The notes under the pieces are model-generated. The model was not told where the DNA came from, made no database searches, and saw only the letters and a list, made by a program, of their open reading frames with translations. This document shows, in pieces, positions 11,901-26,800 of a DNA stretch of 64,000 nt. Source of the stretch: Auanema rhodensis. Lineage: Eukaryota > Animalia > Nematoda. Both the position numbers and the translations under genes were made by a program. The number at the start of each line of letters is the position of its first letter. Position 1 is the first letter of the stretch. The DNA lies in NCBI GenBank assembly GCA_964057225.1, contig OZ059900.1, positions 9,734,001 to 9,798,000 of the forward strand. The letters run 5' to 3'.

Positions 11901-13941
11901 AATTGAGAAAAAGGACAATGGATTAAGACGAAAAGTGTTTTGAAGTGATGTTGTTTGTAGCTCACCTTTGACAGATTTATCCGTTTTAATGTCGAAAGGC
12001 GATCCATTGTTTCTTCTTTTCTGATTGATTGAACCGGGTTGTCGACCACAAAAGCCGCTTGCAGCTTTGAAAATCGGCTGAGCACGTGAACAACTTGTAG
12101 CCAGCTGGTCAATCCGCATCTATAATTATGGCTCATTAAACACAAGTTGAATGACCTAAGAGATTTGTTGAGCATTTTTGACTGCTCATAATTATAACTA
12201 ATTACTTCTCCAAAGAAAAAGCGCAAAAGACTTGTTTCAAGCATTTTTATAAGAATTACTGGCATAGCGTGCAGAACGAGACATTAAATGACAAGAGACT
12301 AACCGATTGATGTGCAACACTTCAACAGTGTCACTCAAATTCTCAATATTTTCTTCATCATCATCTAACGAAAATTGAAATTCTGATAGATGCACTTCTT
12401 GTAAATTTGGCATTCTATCGAAAAACTTTCGTAAGAGCGTAAACGACAGATTAGTTCCATTGAGTATAAGCATCCTCAAATGAGGCAAATATGGAAAGTC
12501 AATGTTATCCTGAAAAAAATATATAAAGTATAAATATATATGTCAATTTATGCTATTTTATACTATGCCATTAGGAAAAAAAGAGAGGAGGCATAATGTT
12601 CAAATGTGGAATTTTTGTCGGATATTTCAAAAGATAGTGAAAACATTTAGATCAACAAAAAAGAGAAGAAATATTGGGTTTATAAGGCTGAAAAGCAATA
12701 GATATGTCATTCATTGTTATAACTATACATGTAAAACATATTTTACATGTTCTATATATTCACTGAATTGAATACAAAGACCATTAAAAAAGGTTTCAAT
12801 GGCTGAACATGTCATAAGAGGGAAAATGAAAGAACATCCAAACGAAAACAAATGAAATTGCAAACTTACGTCATAACGATCCAATGGATTATGGCTTAGG
12901 TTCAGTAGACGAAGATGGGGCAAATGTGCCAAAATATTTGAAACTGTTTGCCAATCCTTTAAACGATTCCATGCAAGATCAGCCTAAATCAGCATACATA
13001 ATAGCATGATCAGATGTTGATAATATATTCATATGTCGTCATTAACTATATGTACATAGTATATATAACAAAATCAACGCATGCGCATATCATATTGATA
13101 AAAAGGAAAAATACTCAGTTTTCTCTTGTTCATATTATAGTATTTAGTGCGATTATTAGATATTCCAAAGATCGTTATGATATATCCAACGTACCTCTTG
13201 CACATGACGAACGAGATTTGCAAACCGGCTAACATCGCCAACATGAGATATATTAAGATGATTGAGAACAATTAGCTCAAGCTTTCCGGAATTAGCAACT
13301 TTACATGGCGATGATGTCTGAATTTAAGAAAATTATCACATAAATATCTAATTTTGTGAAATATTGCTGAACATATATCATAAATTCAATAGATTTTCGC
13401 TGTTTTTTCACTAATTAGATTAAAACCTTTTCATAAAAATTATTATTGTTTTCTTTTTCAAATTGAATTAAAAATAAAATCTTATTTGCACACCGTCTGT
13501 TCATAGTCTGGCACATACAGTGGAGGACTGATGCTTGTCACGTGAAGCGATGCCAACACCATATGATATTGAGAATGAATGAGAAACGTGTGCTGCTTTC
13601 AACTTGCTTCAAACAAGCAACATGTTTTAAAAACAAAAATAAAAAATAAGAAATTTCACGTAAAACTTAGTGAAATGATGAAAAAAAATGCTTCGAGTCT
13701 AGCAGCTCTCAAAAATCGATGAAAGATTTCTTGATTTGAAAATTGAATGCTGATATGTTGGTTCAAAAATGGTAACAAAGCTAATTAGTGTCATGAACAA
13801 AGAAAATATGGAGAACGATTGCATAAGGTATGTAAAATTACTAACTGTTTTGCCAAGAATTAGATCCTCATCAATAGTATCATCGCAATCGTCCAGGTAT
13901 CGTTCTTCAAGACGGTAAACCAACGAACACGTCTCGTCCAT
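8969..13941 (-). CDS. coel-1: Tubulin-specific chaperone cofactor E-like protein (TBCEL ortholog), LRR + C-terminal ubiquitin-like domain, at least 8 exons
   Basis: Spliced exons read MDETCSLVYRLEERYLDD / TSSPCKVANSGKLELIVLNHLNISHVGD / ADLAWNRLKDWQTVSNILAHLPHLRLLNLSHNPL / LRMLILNGTNL / CGLTSWLQV / IHDWESIDSL..LLVGRLPNLKYLNGSQI..ERETAERFFIRYYQ / YTRLVQCHGNLEELVKIDLTP / LFSLRIEEGDTLILQ, matching TBCEL/COEL-1 hallmarks. The last few codons may instead splice to a short exon near 8090-8140. Confidence 0.92.
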
Positions 13942-16818
13942 GCTGTCGATCAGCTGAGCGCGACCGGGCAAGACGAATGCCAGCCAGCCTTTCCCAACAC
14001 ACACTCACTAACTCACTCACAACCACACAACAAGCAAGCAAGCAAGCAGGCAAGTGAATGGAAATGAGAGATAGATTGAACAGAAGAGTGTGAGTAAGAG
14101 AAAAAAAGAGAAATAAATAAATTGAGAGATATTGCACACGTTGAAGAGATTAGATGAGACGACAAGAGCGCTGAAGACCCAGAGAGTAATCGTATATGCA
14201 CGGAATAGATAGAGTGCAGGATGTGAAAGACAGCAGAGACAATGCTGTAGAGTGTAAGGACCAGCCCACACTCGCAGCTGCACTCTCTCGCACACTATCT
14301 TATCGCATGTGTTTGTCTCGTGTTCCATATTTCTGCCTCTCTTGCCATCTCTCGCACTCTGTGACATTCCTATTTCTTTTTCTCTCGCTATTCACCGACC
14401 CAACACCAGTTGTGTGACGCAGCGAGGCTTATATGCGTAGTGTCTCTAAACTGCCCGTACTATTTCCAGTCATCTATCTGTTTCTTGTTGTATCCAGACC
14501 TCTCTGTATAGCATACTATCTGTCATCTAACCTGGTAGTCAGATTATGTCTGTGCGCCTAGAACTATCGCAATTGAATGCGTAGTCTTGCTGCTGTTCTA
14601 TCTCTGACTTCTTCTTTCCCGAATGCACTCTTATATATTCAAAATTTGCTTCTGCTTCTTTTCCTTTCAATGTCTCACCCTGACAAACCCATTGTGGTAT
14701 TGTGAAGACGAACACAATGACTCTCTATTATAATAATGATATTTCATAAGTATGTCAGCAGTTTATCGTTCGTCTCTCTTCGACACCATTCTATCTTCGA
14801 AGTTCATCTTTCTATCGTCATGTTCAAGGAAGTATGTAAAAGGTGGAGACATAGACGGATTGAGTATGAGCTTTAGTATGATTGAAACATTTCGCAAGAT
14901 GCTGTGAAATAATGGAGAGAATAAGTAAGTGCAGTCAGCTATGCGAAATGAAAACAAAGATTGGAAACAGATACGCAGGAGAGTTTTGAGAATTTCCTGA
15001 AAATGAGAACGACGACAACTAAAAGGCGAAGATGAAGAAGGAGGGCTGGAAAAGATGCAAAGCGGTGAAGGTGAAGGTGACAGAGGGAGATGAAATACGA
15101 AAGAGAGAATGAATAATGAAAAGTAGCATATTTCTAGATTCCCCGTAGGCAAACTTATGCAAGAGTGCATGGTAACGCAAGAGAAGCAACGCATTCACTG
15201 GCATTAGGAGAAGTGATGCCATCCGGATTGATAAATTTACTTTCCCATGCAAGCAATTTGAAAAGGTTGAGAGAATTGCGACCGAATTTCAAAAGAGATC
15301 GAGAAGCCGATTCGTCTTGCTGCTTTATTCGCTGCGTCATCCAGATTTTCATATTCAAATGATAATTTGTCGACAAAGAATTCATTGAAGCAAATATTGA
15401 AACTGCAAAGGGAAAATATGCAATTTCTTTTCCCATAATCCTTTATATCATATAACATCAATATACGGCTATATTTCAGTTTTCTTGAAGAGTGAATTTG
15501 TCCTTCTGAAAACGGCAGAAAGGGAGCAGAAAAATATTTATTTCAAAGTCAAATAGAAAAGACTTCTTCTTGTCAACTGTCTAGCCTTCATCATCATGTT
15601 TTCTCAAAGAATTAGTTTCTGGAAGCACGCACTTAAATCATCTCAACTAAGCACATTTGATCTTATTTTGGCTACAAACTTTACTGTCGCAGCCGCATTT
15701 GATGAGTATCTTCAATGCTCTCTAGGCAAAATTTACTATACTTAACTTCAAAAAAACATAAAATTGATGACTTTTCAGTTTTACGCTTCAGAGGTAACGG
15801 ATAAATGTCTGATCAGATATTCAAGTTGGAGTTTACTAACAAATGGTTATTTCAAATTTACACGAGTACGGTTTTATTAAATCACAGAAAACACATTAAG
15901 ATAGTGAATTTGAAAAAAAAACACAACAACCCCTAACCATATAGTTAAGATTATACAATTTCAATACTTGTTTGGAGGATATTATATCTATTCTTAGCTA
16001 ATATTACCCATTTGTTAGTCATATATTCTGAGTTGTCCGCAACAAGAAGCACAATTGCTTGTACGCCTACATATGAATATTTCACGCTTCACAAAATTGA
16101 TTTTCGAAAAGGCCACATGACCTTACATCTTAGTTTTTCGGTATATTAGATAGAAAATAACAGGAAAAGATTTCAAGGAAATGTACACAAAATTAGGCTA
16201 AGCTTATTGAAATTGAACTTTGTGTCGAATAATGAGCAAAAGATAGAAAATGAGGGTAGCAAGTTGGATAAAAATGATTAAATGAAATTACTTACTGCAG
16301 CTTTTGCAGTGAAAAAACATGATAAAAGAATTGATATACAACACAATTTCCAATATATCATAAGGATTATAATCATGTTGTATATCAGGCTGATTGCATT
16401 TCCGGCCAATAAGAGGTTCAGATATTGAAGGACATAAAATACATCTAATAATACTCAATAATTCTGAAATGGGTACGACTATACAAGTAAATGAATAATC
16501 GAAATAAAATAAAAATAATCAGGCTATATATGAAAAAAATGAGTGGGGAGGTGCATGATGATTAGGATACAATTGGATATTCAAATAATTCTACAAAAAT
16601 AGAACTCTGAGAGATTTTTCACCAATAATATCAAAAAGAATGATGGAAATTATCACAAAATGATAATACACGTATAGTTATTCTCATCTAGGTTTCGCTC
16701 ATGAAAAAGTACGAAAATGAAGTCAAGTTCGAGTTCTTGTTCTTCAAGTTCTTCTGAAGCAATACATTACAAGATGATTAATTTTTGATATTTCAAAATA
16801 GAAAATCTGGATGTGCAC

Positions 16819-19800
16819 TTAAAGCATTTTTGAAATTTGGAATTTCTTCATTTCCTCTTCTTCAGTATCATCCATTACGAGCTGATCAGTAAGATTTGTT
16901 GGAATATGATCTTCAATCCATCTCAAATCTTCCTAAAAATGAGAAAAATATGTATTTTTTCCGTCTGCTAGTTAAATCGGTAAAATTTTTGGTCATGAAA
17001 TAAATTTTTTTTCAAAAGTAAACATTATCAAAACTTTTCAGTTGCTTATCAATGCAAAAGTGCAATAAAATGATAGATTTGGAGAAGATCTTGTTAACAA
17101 GAACCATAAAAATACCTTAAGACCCCTCTCCTCTTTCTCTTGTTCACGAGCCTTTCTGGCATCAGCATAGCTGCCAGTTTCACGCATCGTCAAAGCATCA
17201 AAACCTGGAGCAGCCGAATTGAAGAGTTCATCTGAAAATCAAAAAATTTTAAACTGCTATTCAGCAGTTCATAGGTTTATAGCAAGGTGAGCAAAACTAT
17301 TTACACCTAAGCTATCAATACTTTCAATGGATTGCATGTGAAAGAGCTTATTTACTTGAAGCTAACCTTGATCATTTTCATCTTCGCTGTTATCCAATAA
17401 GGGTGTAAAAGCATATCGTTGGTTATTCTGAGATGGTCTCCAGAGGAACATAATGGCAATCAAGATTGACAAGAAGAGAACATGCCAGAAGGCAACATCA
17501 ATCCAGCTGAAAGAAGACAAAAACAACATAAGAATAGTTAGAACACAGTAGCTCTGTTTTCTATAACATTTGTTTTTATTTCAGACAAAAGTTTTAATTC
17601 TATCACTCTTTTCTTTTGGCTATCTGTTCTATATTCGGCAAAAACACATAAAGAATCAGACAGAAGGGATCTTCTTCCTCCTTAATTTCCATGTTTTTTG
17701 AATAATTACAACTTGTTCAAAAAGTTTTTTACTGTCTGTATTGGGACAGAGATAAGATTATAAAGCAAAAAAAAGTCCCTTGTGTTCTCACGTAAAGGAG
17801 TATTCAATCGTTTTTTTAACTTTACGTTATACTTTATTTTTAAATAGAATCTCTTGATAAACGTCATAAGACACACCCTTGCTTGCATTTTTAGGACTTT
17901 TATTGTGATTAAATAGTTACTATTTTATCATAGTTTAACTGATAAGGAAGACAACTTACAGTCCTTTCCATTCTCTGAGACAGGACGGAAATACGTGATA
18001 CATCAAGCTCCATACCATAAAGCATACGGATGCTAACACGGCGAATACTAATGTATTAGTGAAGTGACGATAAACGTTGAGCTTGACCTGAAAAGATAAT
18101 TATCGTAATAAGTGAAACCTGACGAGCCTAACCTCATTACGTCGAATACGAAGCGTTGACATTGTAGTACCAAGAGAAGAATATATCCAATAGAAAATAA
18201 TAACTTCAACAATTACAAGAGGTAAAGAAGCCAGCTGCTTCTGCTTTTGAGCTTCTACATGATTCTGAAAGACATTGAAGCTTAATAGCTGTATTCAAAA
18301 ACGCTTCTCCCATTAAGTATTTGTGGGAATGTGCTGCCGTGAAGGTTAAAACAAGATTCCGTTCTTTTTTTGAAGGATAAAAGAAGTTTACCTTGGAAAC
18401 CCGTGCCAAGCCTTCGACCGCACACAAAACAAAGTAGATGAGACCTAAGCCAGCAACTTGATTCAATGTTTTACCCAGGCGCGGCTTTACAACTCCATAT
18501 CCAACAGATACAATGATAACAAGAACGCGTGACATTGTACGCTTGATGCAGGAGACAAGTTCGGCAAGCTAATAATTGATTGATTGACTAGATTTATCTC
18601 TTTGATGGTATCTCACTTCAATTATGCCTTCAGAACTCATTCCAGAAGTATTCATTGTGGAATATTCGGATACAAAGAAAGCCTTTTCCAACATTCCGAG
18701 GATAATGACAGCGCCTGTTTGAATTTAAAATAAAATTGGTTTTTTTTATTAAAATTTTACCAATCCAATATTGAATTTGCAGAATATCCCTAAAGTACTT
18801 GAGACACAAATATAGCCAAATAAGAGCTAGAATGGCATAAACGACGCACATCAAAGTATAGAATCTTAAAAGAAAGAGAAAAATGCGGAAAGCTTTTGCG
18901 AAAGCAACCAACCTTAAAAGAGGATAATCAATAGCGCTAAGGAATCCATGAGGTGCTCTCCATTCGACTATTGCCGTTAAGTTGTAAGCTTTACCTTCTG
19001 GGGCATTTTTCGGCATGGACACAACATTAATCTATAAAAAAATGCAAAAAAATTACAGAACTCAAAATAGTTTAAAACTCACTTTCATAATCAGGAAATA
19101 TATGGCATCTACCTTGACTGTTTGGAATGGATGCCATGTTCTGAAACCATTTTTGTCAGCAATTTCATTAAATTATTTTAAAAAATTAGATGACGAATTG
19201 AGATTAACATACGATAACGATAATTTGGTTCCGCCATCTACAGTACGTCCATTCAGTCCCGGAAATGTTTCTCTCTTCCGTCTATTCCCGTTCAGCTAAA
19301 AATTAAATAATATATTATTAACCAGTTATTAAAAAAATTCTTAAACAAACGTATAGACTTACCAATTCTCTAATTTCCATTGGAACTGATTTATCCTCTT
19401 TGAAAAAGATTTTACCATGCGAATTCTAAATTCATTTAGTATGAGTCATCGGGGGAATATAATAAAAAATTAAATACCATGCAGGAATATCTCATTGGTT
19501 GAGATTTGTACCACATAATCTTAGTATAATCCTGACCCTCAGGAATATGTGTATCATTTTCAAAATAGAAAGCCTGCGAAACAAAATGAAATGATTTAAA
19601 TATCTGCTAATATACCAGATGATGTTTCAATTTATTGCTGTTTCTAGCGTCGAAAAATTCTTTATCACATGGTGAAGATCGCAGTACAACTTGTACCTGA
19701 ATGGAAAGAATCCAATTAAATGAAGATTTGAGGAAAAAAATTTAAAATAATAGAATTTGATGAAAGCAATTTTCAACGTCACAATGAGAATAAAAACAAA

Positions 19801-20057
19801 TGAACCTCAAATTCTAATTCTGCATTCTCATCGCATTCCAATGAAATTTGTACTTCAGTCTGGTTTAGAGCAGATTGAGGAAATCCCATTATTTGATACT
19901 AAAACAAGTAAATCATCAGAATGAGATTGCACTGAGACATGAGTATCATTCTTACTAAATCTTGGCGAAGTTCAACAGTTTGCTTCAGAATAGCAGGTGT
20001 GAGTAAGTTGGCATAAGCACATATTACTAATGTGCATATGTTTAATAACACCCGCAT
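16819..20057 (-). CDS. TMEM87A/B-family (GOST / lung 7TM receptor-like) protein, multi-exon
   Basis: Signal peptide [16 protein letters not shown]; motifs [87 protein letters not shown] and C-terminal [18 protein letters not shown] are diagnostic of TMEM87. Confidence 0.93.
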
Positions 20058-20782
20058 GATACCTGGTCAATAAAAACATGTATAAGTGTACATTAAAATG
20101 GTTTCGATTGTTAATTCTGAGAAAGAAATAAAAAGCAAAGAAAACAGCATCTAATAAGTTGATGGCGGCCAAAAAATGCAATGTGGATGACACATCACGA
20201 CACAATGCGTACCAACGCGTGGCTTTCGTAAACACAGTGCAGGAATTGACAAAGCCCCAACGACACTGCTAACGAACACCACACATGTCGATCAATAACT
20301 ATACTCGGTGAAAATGAGTAAAAATGATATCAAGACCTTTGTCAGAATGTAATATTAAATTTGATTAGGAACATTCCCTTGTTACCTTTTCAGATCTTCT
20401 TTTCAGCATGTACGTTGCTTTCAAGTTCAAGCATTCTATCCCTTATATCCTTTCATCATTCTCTTTTTTTCGTCGAAAAAAGAAACAAAATTCATCGACA
20501 CTCATGAAATTTATCGATAAAATAAAATAGTAATACAAACATTGGGAAAAAAATTAAACAATACATAAAAAGAAAATAAGATTGATAGAAAACATACGAG
20601 AGAAAGAAAAATGGGAGAGAGTATTGAAGTATTTCAGAATAAAAAATAAAATACTGGTCAAATAGGGAATCCACAAATTTCTGAGAAATTTAATTAATTA
20701 TAAATATCATGAGGTGTTGGAAGGAACACTGAATCAAATGGATGGAGTTCTTCAGCTCAGAGTTCCTTCTCTTATTTGCATG

Positions 20783-21242
20783 TTAAGCTACACTAGCTTG
20801 AAGGTCATCATGATAGATTGGTGGAGAAGGGCATGGAGCAGAAGAAGAATCATCATCGTCGTCGTCGTTGTTGTCGGGTTCAGAATCACCATCGTCATCT
20901 TCCTTTTCAGAAGAGCTGCTATGGACGCTAGAGGGAGGGCTCGATGAAGGTGCTTTGGGAAATCGATGTAAAGAACGCAAAGAATACTGAATATATAAAA
21001 GTGATTAAGCTTTATTTTCTTAAACTTACTTTTTTTTCTAATTCGGTAGGTCTACGGTAACCCACACATTCGTAGCGCGAGAATCTTGGGCGCTTAGGTA
21101 TCTCACCACCATCATCATCAAAGGGTGATAAATTGGCTCTTTTATAAGCAGTAGAAGATCCGCTCCGAACAGCATTTCCAGCAGTATTAGAGGTAGAAGA
21201 TTCCGCTGGTTTGGAAGGAGTATCCTTTTTTTGCTCAGACAT
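20783..21242 (-). CDS. Small orphan protein, Ser/Pro/Asp-rich, basic patch PKRPRF; 2 exons
   Basis: ORFs 21012-21473 and 20783-20980 join in frame via GTAAGT..TTCAG (…ELEKK|YSLRSLHRFPK…); TTATTCAG acceptor ~40 nt upstream of ATG. Confidence 0.6.
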
Positions 21243-22057
21243 GTCAAATAGCTCTTCGTAATTGTTTATGATAACAAGTTCTGAATAAAATGAAATTAAA
21301 TAAGAAAATATAAACATTGTATAATAGAATAAGAAAATAAAATGAATAAACGATATAGCATATACGGCTGTTAGTGCTGGTGAATATTCCCAAATTTGAA
21401 GTTTTTCAATAGTATCATCCTGGACTGAAACATTACATTCCCAGGATGTATTGCAATGTAAAAAACGTTTCAAAAGTTGAGATCTGATTTACAATAACGT
21501 TTTCCCAGGCAAATGGACCAGCAAATAAAAACTTGCGGAGCATGAAGAATGGTAGTGAAAAAGTGCGAATAGTGAATGGTAACGCTTGAATCAAATAGCT
21601 AGTATTGCGAGATTCGAGAAATGCAATTCAAAATTTGAATGCAAGAAAGAGACCAAACTTAAAACAAAGAACCATTCAAGAGAGAAGTCATGAGAAGTTT
21701 CCTAAAATGAATGAACAGTTAAATATGTTTTGTTGAAGAATACAAATCTTGAGAATACCATTTGCGCCGCTGAAAAGGGAACAATAAAGAGTTTAACCTT
21801 ATAAGAATAAGTAGAACAAGTTATATGAAAATATATGATTTATCTTGTAATTTTAACGTTTTTCTTTAAATTTCTTCAATTTTTAAGGAAAAAAACATAA
21901 CTATATCAAACTATAAGGGAGGGGGGAGTTGAAATAGTTATTTATGAGTTTTATTATATAAACTATTAAACTATCTATTGGAAAAATCTATACATTTCTT
22001 GAATGTTTACTCTATTAATATTTTTTTTAAAATATTAATTTTTTTTTAAGATTATAA

Positions 22058-22060
22058 AGA

Positions 22061-22092
<32 letters not shown>

Positions 22093-22126
22093 AAGAGAGA
22101 GGGAGAGAGAGGGAGCGAGAGAAAGA
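22058..22126. repeat. Imperfect (GA)n microsatellite
   Basis: GAGAGAGAAAGAGAGAGA... visible directly. Confidence 0.9.
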
Positions 22127-23879
22127 AATTTTGGAATATTTTAATGCTGAAAATAAGAATTTGAACTAAACAATTACTGAAATAGATTTTAAAAGTAAAT
22201 TTGAAAAACTCATACTGCTAGTCATAAACGACCGATTCTCATGAACATCTGGAGAAGGTATGAGAATTGCTGTAAGATGAGGAAATTTCATGGAGAAGGC
22301 CATACAACAAAAAACATTTGAGTCACAAAGACAGCGCAGATGCATTTTGTGAAATATATTGCGATTTTTGAATTTAATGTTTTGAATTTGAAATGTGGAA
22401 ATGGCAATAAAGAAAGAAGATTCAAATTCAGTGTTTTCAAGTAGTGGAAGATGCTAATTGACTTTAAATTTCAGATTAAAAGTGAGGTGATTTTAAAAAA
22501 AAATGGAGCAAATTATTGAAAATACTTCAAAATATTTCATTATAATCCCTTAGTTGAGGAATATAATTTGGAATATATAAAGCATAAAGACCCCCCAAAA
22601 TCTAAGATAGGGTCTTAAGATCTCATTAATTCTGAAGAGCCTTTTTTGGAATCATGTTGTGAAAGCAAGACTTTGTCGGCCAAATGAGAAGAAATGTGAT
22701 CACGTGTAGGCATATATTCAAGTGTCTCATTAATTATTTCAATATAAATATGGTGAGCAACGCAAAGCGAATCCTTCTTCGTATCGCTCATCGGTCTAGC
22801 AGCATCATTAGTAGTGCTCTATTCTTCTTATTAGCATCATTTGAAGCACTCTTCATATGATCTTTGATATTTATGTTGGATTTTCCTTTAATTACTTTGC
22901 TTTCCGAATGTTGCTTGAAATTTAAAATTTTTCTCTTTTATGCTCATGAAGCTTATAAAAGAGCTAGATAGAGTTGATTAAAGCTTCTATTTAGATGCAA
23001 CGTTCTGACATAGCAACCACATCCTCATTGCAATCGCTGTAATTGAGCATCCAGGACCTTTTCATGCAGCGTAATCCTTACCATTCATTATATTGGGATT
23101 AGCACCTGCCTGGCATCTGTTCTCTACAATTAGAAATATAATATTACTATTAAAATACAAAAACAAAGTTAAAAGTGCTTGAAAGAATAAAAACAGAAAA
23201 AATTATTAAATATGACTTCAAATTTGAAAAATGAACCTAATATGACCTTTTAAGATCGAATTGTTTCTCTGACAAAAAGAAAATTAAGAGAAATGTACCA
23301 GCGGAAAATGAACAGTTAAATTAATTTTAAAATGCTGCATAAAGCTTTCCAATATTTTAATTTTTGAAAGACATTGTTGTTTTAACGGTTGAGTTTGAAA
23401 ATAGGTTCAAATGAGATTTCCCGCTATTTTAGCAGGGTACAAGAGTTTGTATTTCAAAAATGAATTGATTTTTTTCCAAATATTACAGAGAGAAATTTCA
23501 TTTTCAGAAAAAAGTATATAATATTATTATTCTCATATAAACAATACGCAATTCTCTCATAAATTTTATTGTAAAACGACACAAAGCTGAAAATTCAAGT
23601 CGTACAATTGACATCATCGTAAAGTTTTTGGGAAAGGTTATAGTACAAAAGAGATACAAAATGTTGAGAAGAATAAAGATAAGAAAGATTGTTAAGAAAG
23701 AATGTTCATTGGGATAAATCGAGAAAAATACAAAATAAATGAAAATCAGTTAGCAGCCGCTCTTGGAGAGCGCAGCAATAAGAATGACTTGATTCAAATC
23801 GAAGGTCAAGCGATAGCTCAAAGCCAGGGGTCAAGCAATGGCTCAATTAAAGGCTTAGCCGATAGCTAACGCAAATGCT

Positions 23880-26800
23880 TTATTGGTTTTCAGGAAATGA
23901 GAAATTAATCTTATTCGAAAAATCGTTATCGTCATCCTCGTTGTAGAAAATATCGTTTGCATCATGAGCGTCATGAGCGTTGTCGGCTTTCGGAGCTTTT
24001 TCTGCAGTAGCAGTGTTATTACCTTCATGTACAAATTCATCTCCTGAGTATGGCTGCATTCTAGCTCTATCATTTCCATTCTCATCTAGCATGCCAGGTA
24101 TGTGGTGTTCGGTAGCTAGGCGGTCACCATCATTTAATGGAAAATCGGCTGCGTTTGAGTTGATAGAAGTATCATCCTCTTCTTCGGTATCTGAAGAAAG
24201 TTGAATGACGGTTGTAATTTTGGATGCTTCTGCACTGGATGAGCTATTATTGGTACTAGCAGCATTTTTTGATTAGATTTAGGCAAATATCCTTATCGTT
24301 TCAACATAAAGTTCATTCTGGTTGGAAAGGGCTTTTTTGTTGTTGTTATAGTTACCTTCAACATTATTTGTCAACGTGAGAACATTAGAGAAGTCAACAC
24401 GAGCGTGATATCTGTTTCTGTTCTGAATGCGATCATCAGTACGAGTTTTCTGAACAATTGACTAAATTTGATACGCACAGATTTCTTACTTTGATCATAG
24501 CTTCAGTTCCAAATATATGATTCTGTGGTTGAACAAGTAGATTTTCTGAAAAAAAAAGTATTTTTTGGCGTATTAGAATAGCTAAATGTAGTACCATGGA
24601 GATTTTGAACTGGTTGGTTTACTCCGTTGTTCTGCAGCTGAACCTGCTCAGTTTCATTATGTTGTATGGGAATCGCAGGCATCTTTGGTATGGATTCCAA
24701 TGAATCATCTGTGTTATTAGTATTATCATTATAAAACATTAATGGAGGAGTACAAGGACGTGGTTCCATTTGAGCTTCAAGATTATCTGCTTCTTCGTCA
24801 TAAAGATTGTCTCTAGTTATAGAAAAATGTTCCCCCATGAAAGTAGACTCATTAGCTAACTCATCATCAGTAAGCCGATATTCGGAAGTCAGACAACTGT
24901 GTTCTGTTTTGAGTGCGCTGTTAGCAGGCTCACAATCAAGACGCATATAGTCAGGAGTAGGAGCACGTTCTTCTATTTGAATTGCACCATCAGAGAGCAT
25001 ACGAGCAGGAGCGGAATGACGTTGTTGCATTTCGGCTGTAACATTTTCAGTCTCATCCTCAAAACCCAGATATTCAGAAGTAGGAGAACGTTGGTTTCTT
25101 TGAATTGCATCAACAGGCGTATAGGCAAGACGTGCATGTTCTGGAGTATGAAAAGGTTGTTCCATTTGAGCTGCAGCATTTACAGTCTCGTCTTCGAACC
25201 CCATATGCGGAGGAGAAGGAGAACGTTCTTCCATTTGATCTGCACCATCCGAAGGCTCGTTATCAAAGAGCATGTAAGCAGGGGTGGAACGACGTTGTTG
25301 CATTTCAGCGACAAGACTGTGAGCTTGATCATCAAACCGAATGTTTTCAGGAGTAGGAGAACGTTGGTCTCTTTGAATAGCATCAACAGGAGCATAAGCA
25401 AGTCGCATATGTTCTGGAGTATGAAAACTTTGCTCTATTTCAAGTGCAGCATTTTCAGTCGCGTCTTCGAACCCCATGTGCGGAGGAGAATGAAAACGTT
25501 CTTCCATTTCATCTGCACTATCAGTAGACTCGTTATCAAAGAGCATGTAAGCAGGAGTAGAACGAAGTTGTTGCATTTCAGCGGCAGAGTTGTCAGTTTC
25601 ATCATCAAATCGCATGTTTTCAGGAGTAGGAGAACGTTGGTCTCTTTGAATTGCATCAACAGGCGCATAAGCAAGACGCATATGTTCTGGAGTATGGAAA
25701 GGTTGTTCCATTTGAGCAGTAGCATTTTCAGTCTCGTCTTCGAACCTCATGTGCGGAGGAGAAGGAGAACGTTCTTCCATTTGATCTGCACCATCTGAAG
25801 ACTCATTGTCAAAGATCATTCCAGCAGAAGTAGAACGACCATGTTGCATCTCGGTTGTGACGTTGTCAGTCTCATCATCAGAACGCACATATTCAGGAAT
25901 AGGAGAACGTTGATCTGTTTGATTTCCATCAACAGGCGCATAAGCAAGAAGCATATGTTCTGGAGTATGAAAACGTTGTTCTGATTGAGCTGTAGCATTC
26001 TCAGTATCATTGTGAAATCTCATGTATGTGGTATTAGAGGAACGGTGCTCGGTTTGCGGTGTACCATAAGAACAAAGGTTTTGATGCATCTGAGCTGCAG
26101 CATTAGTAGTCTCATTGGAAAATCTCATGTATGCAGCAGCAGGGGAACGGTGATCCGTTCGCGGTGTACCATAACCAAGATCATGTGGCTCCGTTGCAGG
26201 TGTACCATAAACAAAGCGATGTTGTTCCGTTGGAGGTGTACCATAAACAAAACGATGTTGCTCTGTTTGAGTTGTAGTTTCACTACCACTAGTTACAATC
26301 TCGCATTGTGTGTTTGCATTAGTAGGTGAACGGTACTCCGTGGGAGGTGTACTATAGGCACGACGATGCTGCTCCATTCCAACTGCCAAATGGTCCGCAT
26401 CATCATCAAAACGCGTATATGCGGGAGTTGGAGAGCCATGCTCTGATTTTGGTGGACCATAAAAAAATCTATTATCATAATGCATATATGCAGGAGTAGG
26501 GAAAGAACGTTGGTTTTGCATTGATGACGCATAGGTGTTAGAAGATGTTTGAAAAGGTGCATACGAGAATGCGGTAGAAGATTGTCTAGTTGGTAGCATA
26601 TTGTTACCAATGTAGACAGATTGCTGAGACATACTATTAGCTTGAATAGCAGTAGGTGATTCAGAATACATCTGATGAAATGGAGAAGACGTTTCGTCAA
26701 TCCGTGCTGTGTTGTTACGATCGGTATCATAGCTTTCATCAATAGTTAAAGGATTATTATCTTCAAAGCTCAACAACATATCGAGAGAGGTGGTAGTAAA

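Noticed and set aside
15155-15461. - strand ORFs between TMEM87 and coel-1, including SLLKFGR resembling an amidated neuropeptide
   Set aside because: No signal peptide, single non-RF motif, no coherent exon chain.
24899-26742. 299-aa + strand ORF and several alternative-frame ORFs
   Set aside because: Shadows of the repetitive - strand gene.
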